A DNA stretch of 49,419 bases from Myxococcota bacterium (GTDB taxonomy: Bacteria > Myxococcota_C > UBA6777). Position numbers and translations under genes: made by a program. The stretch lies in contig JAKLKB010000034.1 of the NCBI GenBank assembly GCA_023150835.1, positions 1 through 49,419 of the forward strand. The letters run 5' to 3'. Shown here piece after piece: positions 1-10,746 of the stretch. The notes under the pieces are model-generated. The model saw only the letters and a list, made by a program, of their open reading frames with translations. It was not told the DNA's origin and did no database searches. The stretch's first letter is position 1. Each line of letters begins with the position of its first letter.

Positions 1-118
1 TTCCCCCCTGCCTCTTATCCTTTTCCCCTGCCTCTTATCCTTCCCCCCTGCCTCTTATCTGCTTCCTTATCTGCTTCCTTTTCTGCTTCCTTTTCCGTGC
101 TTTCCGTGTATTCCGTGG
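1..118. repeat. Pyrimidine-rich short tandem repeats (3 x 20 bp, then 3 x 12 bp)
   Basis: ttcccccctgcctcttatcc-like unit three times, then gcttcctt(a/t)tc(t/c) three times; may be cut by the window edge. Confidence 0.8.
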
Positions 119-192
119 ACTCTTGTTGTGTTTAGTGCTTCATGCGACACTGCGCTTGGTTTGTCTCTGCTTTCACCGAGAAGGTCTGCACC

Positions 193-1482
193 ATGCAAAT
201 CTCCACACATCTTTTGCGCATCTTCTGTTTTCCCCTACTCTTGGGGCTTTTGCTCACATTCTCCGCCTGCCCATCCCCTCCACCCAAAGAGGCCCCTCCC
301 GAAACCACTGCCGATGCTTCCGACGCCTCTCCCGAAAAGATCTCCTCCTCCGAAGAACCCCACACCTCCGAATCTTCCGCCCCCCCCGAATCCTCCGAAA
401 CCAACCACGAAGCCGAGGCACAGACCGAACCTTCCCCCGAACCTCGCCCCGAATGTCCCACCCAATGCACCGTGACAAGCCGTTGTGTGGGTACAGATCG
501 CCTCGAACGATGCAATGTCCGCGAAGGATGCGTGATCTGGGAAGCCCCCGAGCCTTGCGGCGATGGCAAGACCTGTCAAGACGGACTTTGTGTCACCAAG
601 TCTTGCGATGGCCCGGGACAATGCGGTGCGGGCTACCATTGCGAAAACAAACATTGCGCCTCGAACGCCTCCTGCTGCAAAGTCGGTAGCCCCCGTTGCA
701 CCCAACAAACCGAACAGACCTGCACCCAAGGCGACGATAACTGCGGCAAATGGACCGATGTCAAAACTTGCCGTGATGTCCCCCAAGATCGGCAGGCTTG
801 CTACCTCAACCAATGCACCGATTGTTACCAACGCCCCTGCGCAACGGGCGTCCCCTGCTGCCCCAACACCACCTGCCTCTATGGCTATTGCCTCCAACAA
901 TGCGACGAATCCAAAGGCGATATCAACAATCCCGAATGCAAACCCACCGAATACTGCTTTTCTCTCTCCAGCGGACAACCCGCACTCTGTTTCCCCGACG
1001 CCACCGAACCCAAAGGAGCCCCATGTAGCATCGTCAAGATCTGCCAAGTCGGCCTATCTTGCGCCGATATCGGCCAAGGTCTCCGTTGCTATACCGACTG
1101 CGATCTCAACCAATGCGCCGTCGGCAACCCCAATTGTGAAACCAACGAACAATGTGTCCCCGCCGCTGGAACCACCCTCAACAACATCTGCGTCCCTCTC
1201 CAAGCCACTCCCGCCAAACTCCACGAAGCTTGCAACGCCTCCACCCCCTGCGATGCCTGCAACCTCTGCGTCGGTGAAACCTCTTCCGCCGCCCACTGCC
1301 TCAAAACCTGTAATCCTTCCGCCTCCAACCCCAACTGCCCCACCGACTTCCTTTGCGCCGCTTATGATCCCTCCAAACCCACCCAAGGCGTCTGCCTCCA
1401 ACGATGCACCAACCCCGGCTCCAAAGACATCTGCACCTACGGAACCTGCCGCGATAAATCTGGCCAACATCTCTGCTTATAA
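193..1482 (+). CDS. Cys-rich lipoprotein with a Ser/Pro/Glu linker
   Basis: Signal peptide ending in lipobox LTFSA-C, acidic linker, then repeated CxxxC...NPxC...C modules; start set at ATG 193. Confidence 0.85.
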   Translation: MQISTHLLRIFCFPLLLGLLLTFSACPSPPPKEAPPETTADASDASPEKISSSEEPHTSESSAPPESSETNHEAEAQTEPSPEPRPECPTQCTVTSRCVGTDRLERCNVREGCVIWEAPEPCGDGKTCQDGLCVTKSCDGPGQCGAGYHCENKHCASNASCCKVGSPRCTQQTEQTCTQGDDNCGKWTDVKTCRDVPQDRQACYLNQCTDCYQRPCATGVPCCPNTTCLYGYCLQQCDESKGDINNPECKPTEYCFSLSSGQPALCFPDATEPKGAPCSIVKICQVGLSCADIGQGLRCYTDCDLNQCAVGNPNCETNEQCVPAAGTTLNNICVPLQATPAKLHEACNASTPCDACNLCVGETSSAAHCLKTCNPSASNPNCPTDFLCAAYDPSKPTQGVCLQRCTNPGSKDICTYGTCRDKSGQHLCL

Positions 1483-1538
1483 TAGGACTTACGCCGTTGG
1501 GCTGATGTTGTGGGGTTTCACCCCATACGCGCCTTGTT

Positions 1539-1719
1539 AAGGTGGAAACCTCGTAGAGTCGGTCTTGATCGCCTTTTTTTTCTCCCCCCCTCAATCCCCC
1601 CGGCCAACGGGGGGAAGTTGGAACGGGCAGCGTCTGCATTTCGTGCATACAGCGTGCGCCTCCCCTGTTCACGGGGGAGGGCGGGGTGGGGGGCTTTCCT
1701 CCGCTTCACCTAACGCCTA
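1539..1719 (+). mobile_element. Non-autonomous MITE/REP-like element A, copy 1
   Basis: Near-identical to the reverse complement of 10476-10699 but lacks about 40 bp internally; C-run/G-run hairpins; no transposase. Confidence 0.75.
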
Positions 1720-1870
1720 TGGGGTTTCACCCCACACCCCACAAGGGAGCTTTGCCCCCTTGACCCCGTGTAGGCGAAAAGCCCGATCGTTTTTCAAACC
1801 AACAACTCTGTCGCTTGAAACAACACGGACACGGGGTTTTTGGCCTACAAACCGGCCCTGTTTATCAAAA
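1720..1870 (+). repeat. REP-like hairpin element B, long copy
   Basis: GGGG-N5-CCCC hairpin, AAGGG..CCCTT hairpin, GACCCC and a tail homologous to the reverse complement of 26365-26505. Confidence 0.75.
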
Positions 1871-2050
1871 AAATTGAAGTGATCATCGAGATCACTCGAC
1901 AACTTTTTTTCACCGAAGCCTAAAGCTTCTCCACCGATGGCCGTTAGGGTATTTGTTTGCCATCGGATCCTGCGCGATCTGTCAGCGTTAGCCCGTCCCA
2001 CCTCTGGATGCCACGCAGGTTCCCTTCCACCACCGAAGGGAGCGCCCCAC

Positions 2051-2911
2051 ATGAGTCATACGCCTACGCATCTCACACCCACAAGCCGTCTTCGCCACCG
2101 ACCGCGTATCCTCCTGCTTGACAACGACGATCACCGCCGCCAACGCAAGAAAAACGCCATCCAGCGCTGCTTTCCCACTGTCCAGATCGTCGACGCCAAG
2201 TACCTCCATCAAGCCGCCTTTATCCGCCAAAAACTCGACATCCATCTCCTTCTCATCGAACAACCACTCCGTGAGTACGACTTTTCCACCATCCACCAAC
2301 TCCAACAAAACGAACCCAACGAACCCATCCCCTTGATCTTGTCGCTCGAATGGCACGAGATCACCCAACGCCCCTCTTTTTCGCTCGGCGCATGGAACTT
2401 CCTTCGCACCACCGCCAACACAGAAGAACTCTGTAGCAGCCTCCGTCCTCTGCTCTCCGAACCCCCGCCATTTCCCGAGATGACTGGCCCTCTTCACCCC
2501 ACCGCACTCCCCAACTTGATCCATTCCTGCGGCGAACTCCGACGCCACTGTGTCCTGCGCATCGAAGGCTTTCTGTTCTTTGGTGGCCTTTGGTTCCAAG
2601 ACGGCCAACTCATCCGCGCCGAATACAAGATGGCCTCACCCGCTTTTCTTGGCGACTCCCTCCAATCCATCCAAACCTTCGATCTCCAAGGCGAAAAAGC
2701 CCTGTCTTTCCTGCTCTCCTCTCACCAAGGCCGCTTTTTCCTCCGCGATCTCTCCGAACCCCTCCCCCTCGGACTCCACAACATCGCCCGCGTCTGGGAT
2801 CCCCTCAAAGGACTCACTCCCACTGAACACGACTACATGATCCACCTCGGACTCTCCGCCTCTTATGATGCCCTACCCGCTGAACACCACACCCCACTCC
2901 ACTACGATTGA
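2051..2911 (+). CDS. Pseudo-receiver domain plus DUF4388 (PATAN-like) protein
   Basis: RILLLDND receiver start, Glu at the phosphoacceptor position (LLLIEQ), GAWNFL; C-terminal GPLHPTALPNLI..GGLWFQDGQLIRAE..GEKAL; RBS gaaggga. Confidence 0.75.
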   Translation: MSHTPTHLTPTSRLRHRPRILLLDNDDHRRQRKKNAIQRCFPTVQIVDAKYLHQAAFIRQKLDIHLLLIEQPLREYDFSTIHQLQQNEPNEPIPLILSLEWHEITQRPSFSLGAWNFLRTTANTEELCSSLRPLLSEPPPFPEMTGPLHPTALPNLIHSCGELRRHCVLRIEGFLFFGGLWFQDGQLIRAEYKMASPAFLGDSLQSIQTFDLQGEKALSFLLSSHQGRFFLRDLSEPLPLGLHNIARVWDPLKGLTPTEHDYMIHLGLSASYDALPAEHHTPLHYD

Positions 2912-2934
2912 CTCTTTTGGCGACCACGCCCTTC

Positions 2935-3232
2935 CAACTCGAAAATCTTCATCCACACACCCAAATATCGCTCCCCCAACTCGAAAATCTTCATCCACAC
3001 ACCCAAATATCGCTCCCCCACCCCGAAATTCTTCATCCAAGCACCCAAACGACGATCTCCCGACCGGGAAATCTTCATCCAAGCACCCAAACGACGATCT
3101 CCCGACCGGGAAATCTTCATCCAAGCACCCAAACGACGATCTCCCGACCGGAAATTCTTCATCCAAGCACCCAAACGACGATCTCCCGACTGGAAATTCT
3201 TCATCCAAGCACCCAAACGACGATCTCCCGAG
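2935..3232. repeat. 42-bp tandem repeat, 7 copies, intergenic
   Basis: aa(a/t)tcttcatcca core recurs every 42 bp from 2943 to 3195, with no unique spacers. Confidence 0.9.
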
Positions 3233-3486
3233 CCAACCCTCTCCCTTTGTGCGCTCTAACGATAATTTCCCTGCCCATCCCTTGACTTTTGGGCATTTCG
3301 GACAAAACAAACCGCGTCCACCAACACAAGCTATCTGCTCACCGTACCTAGATTCTTCCCGATTATCCGCTTTGGAATGAAGAAACATTCAGAAAAAAAT
3401 GGATCTTTTGCCTTGGGTTTCGGTGAGGGAGTGAGTAAAATGCGCAGCGCTGAGGCACAAGTCTATCACACCCAAAGGAGTCTTCG

Positions 3487-6153
3487 ATGACGATTCCATC
3501 CTATAAAGATCCCGATCCTTTAGAGACCCAAGAATGGCAAGAAGCTGTGGAAGTGGTGATCGAGCGCGACGGGCATGATCGCGCCACATGGTTGCTTTCA
3601 CAAGCCGCAGCCACCGCTTATACCGCAGGGGCCAAACTGCCCAACACCAACCGCACACCCTACCTCAACTCGATCCCCGCTCACCGCGAAAAGCCTTATC
3701 CGGGGGATTTGGCGATGGAAGAGCGGATCATGGCTTATCTGCGGTGGAATGCCGTAGCGATGGTGGTCAAAGCCAACCACAAACCCTCCAAGCCGGGAGG
3801 ACACCTCGCAAGCTACCAATCTTCGGCGATGTTGTACGAAGTGGGATTCAATCACTTTTGGCGCGCTCCCCAAGACGGGCTGCCCGGGGATATGGTGTAC
3901 TTCCAAGGCCATAGTTCTCCGGGCGTGTATTCACGCGCCTTTGTGGAAGGTCGCCTAAGCCGCGAACATCTCGAAAACTTCCGTAGCGAAGTCGATGGCA
4001 ACGGTCTGCCGTCGTATCCGCACCCGTGGTTGATGCCGCATTTTTGGCAATATCCGACGGTCTCGATGGGACTGGGGCCGATCACAGCGATCTATCAAGC
4101 CCGCTTTATGAAGTACCTTGAAAACCGCGAACTAATCCCGCGCTCAGACCGCAAGATCTGGGTGTTTTTGGGAGACGGGGAGATGGACGAACCCGAGTCC
4201 CAAGGGGCGATCGGACTGGCCGCCCGCGAAAACCTCGACAACTTGATCTTTGTGGTGAATTGCAACTTGCAGCGCCTTGATGGTCCTGTCCGTGGCAACG
4301 GCAATATCGTTCAAGAGCTCGAAGGAAACTTCCGTGGTGCGGGATGGAACGTGATCAAGTGTTTGTGGGGGGCAGGATGGGACAAACTCTTGGCCCAAGA
4401 CCACAACGGCTGGCTCAAGAAGCGCTTTAACGAGTGCCTTGATGGGGAGTACCAAAACTTCCGCGCCAACGGGGGCGCTTTCATCCGCGAACATTTCTTT
4501 GGGCGCTATCCTGAACTTCGACGGATGGTCGAACACATGAGCGACGATCAGATCTTTTATGATCTTGTGCGCGGTGGGCACGATGCCACCAAGGTTTACA
4601 ACGCTTATCTCGAAGCGGTGAACACCCAAGGCCAACCCACGTTGATCCTCGCAAAGACCGTCAAAGGCTTTGGCATGGGCGATGCGGGCGAAGGTCTCAA
4701 CATCACTCACCAACAAAAGAATATGGAAGGCGAGCAACTCCGCACCTTCCGCAAACGCTTCCAGATCCCTGTCTCCGATCAAGATATCGACGAACTGAAC
4801 TTTGTCAGCCCGCCCGAAGACAGCCCCGAGATGCGCTATCTCAAAGAGCGTCGCGCTGCGCTCGGGGGCTTCTTGCCAGCCCGCCGCCCCAAAGTCGAAG
4901 AACCGCTCACTCTCCCCGATTTATCGAGTTTTGGGCTACTTCTGGGAGACTCGGGTTCGCGCACTCTTTCGACCACGATGGCGGTGGTGCGCCTTCTTGC
5001 GACACTTGCACGCGACAAAGAGATCGGGCCTCGGATCGTGCCGATCGTTCCTGACGAAGCGCGTACATTTGGGATGGAAGGGATGTTCCGACAGATCGGC
5101 ATCTACGCACACGAAGGCCAAAAGTATACTCCCCAAGATGCCCGCGAGATCATGCCTTACCGCGAAGATATCAAAGGGCAGATCCTTCAAGAAGGCATCA
5201 ACGAAGCAGGGGCCATCTCTTCTTGGATCGCCGCAGGGACCGCCTATAGCAACTACGGCATCCAGATGATCTCGGTGTATCTATTTTATTCGATGTTTGG
5301 TTTCCAACGCATCGGCGATCTTGCGTGGGCAGCGGGCGATTGCCGCACACGCGGCTTTTTGATCGGTGGAACTTCTGGACGCACCACGCTCAACGGCGAA
5401 GGACTCCAACACCAAGACGGACACAGCCATCTCTTCGCCCAATTCATCCCAAGCTGCGTCTCTTACGACCCCACCTTCCAATACGAAGTCGCTGTGATCT
5501 TCCATCACGGACTCAAGCGGATGTACGTCCAACAAGAAGATGTCTACTTCTACATCACCACCATGAACGAAAACTACCATCATCCCGCCATGCCCGAAGG
5601 CGTCGAAGAAGGCATCATCAAGGGGATGTATCGTTTGCGTCAAAGTACCACCGAAGGCCCGCGTGTTCAGCTTCTCGGCTGTGGAACGATCTTGCGTGAA
5701 TCGCTTGCAGCCGCCGAACTACTCGAAAAAGACTTTGGTGTTGCAGCAGATGTTTGGAGCGTGACGAGCTTCAATGAGTTGGCACGCGATGGCCAAGATA
5801 TCGAGCGCTGGAATCGCTTGCATCCAACGGCGGCTGCGCGTGAAAGCTATGTCACCCAGCTTCTCGCCCCCACCCAAGGCCCGATCATCGCGAGTTCGGA
5901 TTATCTGCGCCTCTATGCCGAACAGATCCGCGCTTTTGTGCCGCGACGTTATGTCACCCTTGGCACCGATGGCTATGGCCGTTCGGATAGCCGCGCTCGC
6001 TTGCGTGCGCATTTTGAGGTGGATCGCTATCACATCGCTTATACAGCCCTCAAATCCCTCGCCGACGAAGGGACTCTCCCGATGGAACGCGCTGTCGAAG
6101 CACTCAAAAAATACGACATCCATCCCGACAAACCCAATCCACGCCGAGCCTAA
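3487..6153 (+). CDS. aceE: Pyruvate dehydrogenase E1, homodimeric type
   Basis: [39 protein letters not shown] motif, GEGLQHQDG; 888 aa; RBS aaggag. Confidence 0.98.
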   Translation: MTIPSYKDPDPLETQEWQEAVEVVIERDGHDRATWLLSQAAATAYTAGAKLPNTNRTPYLNSIPAHREKPYPGDLAMEERIMAYLRWNAVAMVVKANHKPSKPGGHLASYQSSAMLYEVGFNHFWRAPQDGLPGDMVYFQGHSSPGVYSRAFVEGRLSREHLENFRSEVDGNGLPSYPHPWLMPHFWQYPTVSMGLGPITAIYQARFMKYLENRELIPRSDRKIWVFLGDGEMDEPESQGAIGLAARENLDNLIFVVNCNLQRLDGPVRGNGNIVQELEGNFRGAGWNVIKCLWGAGWDKLLAQDHNGWLKKRFNECLDGEYQNFRANGGAFIREHFFGRYPELRRMVEHMSDDQIFYDLVRGGHDATKVYNAYLEAVNTQGQPTLILAKTVKGFGMGDAGEGLNITHQQKNMEGEQLRTFRKRFQIPVSDQDIDELNFVSPPEDSPEMRYLKERRAALGGFLPARRPKVEEPLTLPDLSSFGLLLGDSGSRTLSTTMAVVRLLATLARDKEIGPRIVPIVPDEARTFGMEGMFRQIGIYAHEGQKYTPQDAREIMPYREDIKGQILQEGINEAGAISSWIAAGTAYSNYGIQMISVYLFYSMFGFQRIGDLAWAAGDCRTRGFLIGGTSGRTTLNGEGLQHQDGHSHLFAQFIPSCVSYDPTFQYEVAVIFHHGLKRMYVQQEDVYFYITTMNENYHHPAMPEGVEEGIIKGMYRLRQSTTEGPRVQLLGCGTILRESLAAAELLEKDFGVAADVWSVTSFNELARDGQDIERWNRLHPTAAARESYVTQLLAPTQGPIIASSDYLRLYAEQIRAFVPRRYVTLGTDGYGRSDSRARLRAHFEVDRYHIAYTALKSLADEGTLPMERAVEALKKYDIHPDKPNPRRA

Positions 6154-6203
6154 GCGGGTCCACCACCTCGCTTCCCACCCGCCCAAAGGGAGAAGAACCA
6201 CCG

Positions 6204-7520
6204 ATGAGCCTTACAACGATTCTGGTTCCTGACATCGGCGACTTTGCAAACGTCGATGTGATCGAAGTTCACGTCACCGTAGGGAAAAAGATCAAGATCG
6301 ATGACCCCTTGATCACCCTCGAAAGCGATAAAGCATCCCTCGATATCCCTGCCACCCAAGCAGGCACCGTCAAAGAAGTCCAGATCAAGATCGGCGACAA
6401 AGTCTCGATGGGTAGCCCGATCATGATCCTTGAGATCGCAACAGGCGCATCTTCGGCCCCGAGCGTCTCTGCACCCACCGCAAGCCCCGTGACCTCAGTC
6501 CCAACAGCCCCCGTCGCTCAAGCTTCCTCGACTGCCAGCCCTGCAACCCCCGCCAAAGCCGTAACAACAGGCGAAGCCACCGCCCTCCCTGCGTCCCATG
6601 TCGAACGTGCCTACGCCAGCCCTTCGGTGCGTCGCTATGCACGAGAAAAAGGCGTGGATCTCCGTCGCGTCACAGGAACAGGCCGCAAAGGCCGCATCAC
6701 CCAAGAAGATGTCGATATCTTCCTCAAAGAAGGGGCCAAGCCAGCCCCCAAACCCGCCGCTGCACCCGTCCAAGTAATCGGTTCAGGCATCCCTGCGATC
6801 CCTGCGGTCGACTTTACAAAGTTCGGAGCCATCGAAAGCATCGAGCTTGGCCGCATCAAGCGCCTGACCGCTCAAGCCATGACGCGCTCTTGGCTGAATA
6901 TCCCGCACGTCACACACAACGACGAAGCCGATATCACGGAGCTTGAGGACTTCCGCAAGTCGCTCAAAGATGAAGCCGAAAAGAAAGGCGTGCGCGTCAC
7001 GCTGCTTGGCTTTGCGATGAAAGCCGTTGTCAACGCGCTTCAGACCTTCCCCACCTTCAACGCTTCGCTCGACCCTGCGGGCGAAAAACTGATCCTCAAA
7101 AAGTATTATCACATCGGTATCGCGGTCGACACTCCCCAAGGACTCGTCGTTCCCGTGATCCGCGACGTCGACAAAAAAACCGTGTACGAGCTTTCTGCGG
7201 AGCTTGCGACCCTCAGCAAAAAAGCCCGCGACAACAAGCTGGCTGTCAGCGATATCCAAGGCGGAACCTTCACGATATCGAGCCTTGGAGGGATCGGCGG
7301 AACCAGCTTTACACCGATCATCAACGCTCCCGAAGTCGCGATCCTTGGGATGACGCGCTCCAAGATCCAACCCGAATGGGATGGAAAAGCCTTTGTACCT
7401 CGGTTGATGCAGCCGCTTTCGCTGTCTTACGATCACCGCGTGATCGATGGGGCCGAAGCTGCCCGCTTCTGCCGTCATCTCGCTGTTGTTCTCGGTGATC
7501 TCCGCCGCATCTTGTTGTAA
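6204..7520 (+). CDS. aceF: Dihydrolipoamide acetyltransferase E2, one lipoyl domain
   Basis: ESDKA lipoyl motif, [20 protein letters not shown]3-binding domain, DHRVIDG catalytic motif. Confidence 0.97.
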   Translation: MSLTTILVPDIGDFANVDVIEVHVTVGKKIKIDDPLITLESDKASLDIPATQAGTVKEVQIKIGDKVSMGSPIMILEIATGASSAPSVSAPTASPVTSVPTAPVAQASSTASPATPAKAVTTGEATALPASHVERAYASPSVRRYAREKGVDLRRVTGTGRKGRITQEDVDIFLKEGAKPAPKPAAAPVQVIGSGIPAIPAVDFTKFGAIESIELGRIKRLTAQAMTRSWLNIPHVTHNDEADITELEDFRKSLKDEAEKKGVRVTLLGFAMKAVVNALQTFPTFNASLDPAGEKLILKKYYHIGIAVDTPQGLVVPVIRDVDKKTVYELSAELATLSKKARDNKLAVSDIQGGTFTISSLGGIGGTSFTPIINAPEVAILGMTRSKIQPEWDGKAFVPRLMQPLSLSYDHRVIDGAEAARFCRHLAVVLGDLRRILL

Positions 7521-7574
7521 TACGATATCCGAGTGATCTGTGATCGAAGGATAGCACGTAGACGCCCTGTGCTT

Positions 7575-7600
7575 GGGCAGCCACAGGGGGCTGCCCCTAC
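7575..7600 (-). repeat. GTAG-type REP hairpin
   Basis: GTAG-GGGCAGCC-CCCTGT-GGCTGCCC on the minus strand between aceF and lpdA. Confidence 0.7.
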
Positions 7601-7668
7601 CTCCTTACGATCATACAACGGGCAGATTTGGTAGAATCGCCGAAACTATCGACTGGGAGTATTTTTTG

Positions 7669-9456
7669 ATGAAGATTGAACAGATCAAAGTCCCTGACAT
7701 CGGGGACTTTCAATCGGTCGATGTGATCGAAGTCCACGTCAAACGCGGCGACAAGATCAAGGCCGATGACGCGATGATCACGTTGGAAAACGACAAAGCC
7801 TCTCTCGATCTTCCCGCACCGATGGCCGGGATCGTCAAAGAGATCTTTGTCCAGATCGGCGACAAAGTCAGCGAAGGCAACCTGATCATTTCTCTCGAAG
7901 TGGACGATGCCATCGCCCTTTCTGCCCCCCCCTCTTCCAAAGCCATCCCCCTCCAAGGTCCGCCGTCTTCGGTCTCCACACCTTCTTTGCCCATGATCCC
8001 CGTCCCGGGTGCAGGTGTGTTCAGCGGAAAAGCCGATATAACGGCACAGGTCGTCGTCCTTGGTTCAGGGCCGGGTGGATACACCGCAGCTTTCCGCGCT
8101 GCGGATCTTGGCCTACAAACCGTCTTGATCGAACGCTACCCGACACTTGGTGGCGTCTGCCTCAACGTCGGCTGCATCCCCTCGAAGGCACTACTGCACG
8201 CCGCCAAGATCCTCGATGAAGCCAAGGCTTTCGCCAAACACGGCATCACCTTTGGACCGCCAAAGATCGACCTTGACGCCTTGCGCACATGGAAAGACAG
8301 CGTGGTCGGCAAGCTTACTGGCGGACTTGGCGGCCTTGCAAAGCAACGCAAGGTGCAAGTCGTCCGAGGATACGGGCGTTTTCTCGATCCCTACCACATC
8401 GAAGCCACCGACGACGACGGCAAAAAAACCATCATCCGTTTTGAAAATTGCATCATCGCGGCAGGTTCCGAGCCCGTCAAACTGCCCTTTATCCCAGACG
8501 ATCCGCGCATTGTGGACTCGACGGGAGCGTTAGAGTTGCGCTTTTTGCCTGAGCGGATGTTGGTGCTTGGTGGCGGGATCATCGGGCTGGAGATGGCGAC
8601 GGTGTATGCGGCGCTTGGAGCGCGGATTAGCGTGGTCGAGATGCTCGGCGGCTTGATGATGGGTGCAGATCGCGATGTGGTGCGGCCTTATCATCGCTAC
8701 ATCGAAAAACGCTACGAAGCGATCATGCTCGAAACCCGTGTCACCAAAGTTGAAGCCGATGCACACGGACTCACGGTGCATTTCGACGGTAAGCAAGCCC
8801 CCAAAGAACCCCAGCGCTACGATATGATCCTCGTCTCGGTCGGGCGCACCCCAAACGGCAAGAAGATCGATGCCGAAAAAGCTGGCGTGTACGTCGACGA
8901 ACGCGGATTTATCCCCGTCACCGACAACCAGATGCACACCAATGTCCCGCATATCTTTGCGATCGGCGATATCATCGGCCAACCGATGCTTGCCCACAAA
9001 GCCACGCACGAAGGCAAAACCGCTGCCGAAGTCTGCGCAGGAGAAGCCTCCTTCTTTGATGCACGGGTGATCCCAAGCGTCGCCTATACCGATCCCGAAG
9101 TCGCTTGGGTCGGCCTCACCGAGACCGAAGCCCTCGCCCAAGGTATCCCCTTCGGCAAAGGGACATTCCCTTGGGCTGCATCGGGACGTGCGCTCGCGCT
9201 CGCCCGTGACGAAGGACTCACCAAAGTGATCTTCGATCCCGAAACGCATCGTGTCCTTGGTGCGGGCATCGTCGGCCCCAATGCAGGCGATCTGATCGCC
9301 GAAGTCGCCCTTGCCATCGAGATGGGCGCAGATGCCCACGATGTCGGTTTAACCGTCCACCCCCACCCCACACTCTCCGAAACCATCGCTTTTGCCGCCG
9401 AAGCCTTCGAAGGCACAATCACCGACCTCTACCTCCCCAAAAAGCCAGCCCGATAA
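7669..9456 (+). CDS. lpdA: Dihydrolipoamide dehydrogenase E3 with an N-terminal lipoyl domain
   Basis: ENDKA lipoyl domain, GSGPGG, CLNVGCIPSK, HPHPTLSE; start set at ATG 7669 after gggag. Confidence 0.97.
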   Translation: MKIEQIKVPDIGDFQSVDVIEVHVKRGDKIKADDAMITLENDKASLDLPAPMAGIVKEIFVQIGDKVSEGNLIISLEVDDAIALSAPPSSKAIPLQGPPSSVSTPSLPMIPVPGAGVFSGKADITAQVVVLGSGPGGYTAAFRAADLGLQTVLIERYPTLGGVCLNVGCIPSKALLHAAKILDEAKAFAKHGITFGPPKIDLDALRTWKDSVVGKLTGGLGGLAKQRKVQVVRGYGRFLDPYHIEATDDDGKKTIIRFENCIIAAGSEPVKLPFIPDDPRIVDSTGALELRFLPERMLVLGGGIIGLEMATVYAALGARISVVEMLGGLMMGADRDVVRPYHRYIEKRYEAIMLETRVTKVEADAHGLTVHFDGKQAPKEPQRYDMILVSVGRTPNGKKIDAEKAGVYVDERGFIPVTDNQMHTNVPHIFAIGDIIGQPMLAHKATHEGKTAAEVCAGEASFFDARVIPSVAYTDPEVAWVGLTETEALAQGIPFGKGTFPWAASGRALALARDEGLTKVIFDPETHRVLGAGIVGPNAGDLIAEVALAIEMGADAHDVGLTVHPHPTLSETIAFAAEAFEGTITDLYLPKKPAR

Positions 9457-9460
9457 GGTT

Positions 9461-10399
9461 CTATTTCCCCAAAAAGCCGACGAGACGAGGCTCTACGAGG
9501 TGAGGGGCTTCGCGATGAGGGAGATGCCCTGCGCGAGGGATCTCCACAAACCCCGCACGAGGCAGCCAACGAGCGAGGTTGCTCCGACCGCTTTGGATCG
9601 GGATGATCCGATCTTGTTGGCCCCACACCACCAAGATCGGATAACGCTGTGTCTGCATCTTCGTGTAGGTTTGTTTCATGGATTGCAGCGGGATGTGGCG
9701 CAGCGAGGACAACAGCGCCCGCCGATATCCCCGATACACCATCTGTTCGCGCAACCCCCGATAAAAAGCCTCCGAGGGTGTGCGCGTGCTATAACTGCGC
9801 GAAGCCCCGCGCACCACAACATTGACGCTCAAGATCCGCATCAACCATTCACCCACAAACGGCCACTTTGCGACACCCATCAAGCGATTGTTTTGGGTCG
9901 GCACTCCCGCAGGCGCGATCAGCGCCAAGCTCCGAATCTTTTCGGGATAACGTGACGCGATATCCGACACCACCGCTCCTCCCATCGACAAACCCACCAA
10001 CGACACAGGGCCTTTGACCTCCAAAGCCTCCAAAAGACCGAGGATCTGGCGGCGGTACAACGAGAGATCATAGGTGGTGTCTGGTCTGTCCGAATAACCC
10101 CGACCAAAGAGATCCAGCCGCAACACCCGAAATCCCGAAGCCACCAGCCTTTTGAAGGTCGGCTCCCAAACAAACAGCGGCGTCGAGAACCCATGCACCA
10201 ACACCACCACTTGGCCCGAAACGGGGCCTCCCCACTGGTAATGCACCACACCTTCTCGCAAGCGCACAAACGACCCCAAAGCCAGCGAACGCGCTGCATC
10301 ATCCAGATCCAACACTTCCCGATCCGGCCAAACAAAGGGCAAAAACAACACCACCACGAACCCAAACACGCCTCGACGCAACCATCTCCCCCAAACCAT
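9461..10399 (-). CDS. Alpha/beta hydrolase with an N-terminal membrane anchor
   Basis: LVHGF, GRGYS, GLSMG nucleophile elbow, WGQQD, AGH. Confidence 0.93.
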   Translation of the reverse strand: MVWGRWLRRGVFGFVVVLFLPFVWPDREVLDLDDAARSLALGSFVRLREGVVHYQWGGPVSGQVVVLVHGFSTPLFVWEPTFKRLVASGFRVLRLDLFGRGYSDRPDTTYDLSLYRRQILGLLEALEVKGPVSLVGLSMGGAVVSDIASRYPEKIRSLALIAPAGVPTQNNRLMGVAKWPFVGEWLMRILSVNVVVRGASRSYSTRTPSEAFYRGLREQMVYRGYRRALLSSLRHIPLQSMKQTYTKMQTQRYPILVVWGQQDRIIPIQSGRSNLARWLPRAGFVEIPRAGHLPHREAPHLVEPRLVGFLGK

Positions 10400-10475
10400 C
10401 GCACTCTCCTCTCTCTACGAACGGAATACCCAACAGAATTAAGTTGTAGGGCTTGTTTTGTGGGGCATTGCCCCA

Positions 10476-10699
10476 TAGGCGTTAGGTGAAGCGCTTGTTG
10501 GCCCCCCACCCCAGCCCTCCCCCCTGAACAGGGGAGGGAGCGAAAGTCGGAAGCAGCGGGGATGTTGTTTTTTCGTGACGCACGCTGTATGCACGAGACG
10601 CAGACGCTGCCCGTTCCAACTTCCCCCCGTTGGCCGGGGGGATTGAGGGGGGGAGAAAAAAAAAGGCGATCAAGACCGACTCTACGAGGTTTCCACCTT
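10476..10699 (-). mobile_element. Non-autonomous MITE/REP-like element A, copy 2
   Basis: Inverted copy of 1539-1719; abuts the element B hairpin tggggcattgcccca at 10461-10475. Confidence 0.75.
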
Positions 10700-10746
10700 T
10701 TGAACTGCCGCGAACACGCCTTTTTTCTCGGATGTACGAATCTCCG

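Noticed and set aside
1990-2022. TPP riboswitch-like words (cccgt..acct..ctggat..gcca..gcagg)
   Set aside because: Lacks CUGAGA and the correct spacing, and the downstream gene is unrelated to thiamine
2935-3232. CRISPR array
   Set aside because: Units are contiguous with no unique spacers, and there are no cas genes in the window
9470-9502. Similarity between the hydrolase 3' end (acctcgtagag..; LVEPRLVGF) and the end of element A (LVESVLIAF)
   Set aside because: Only 11 contiguous identical bases; cannot be distinguished from chance
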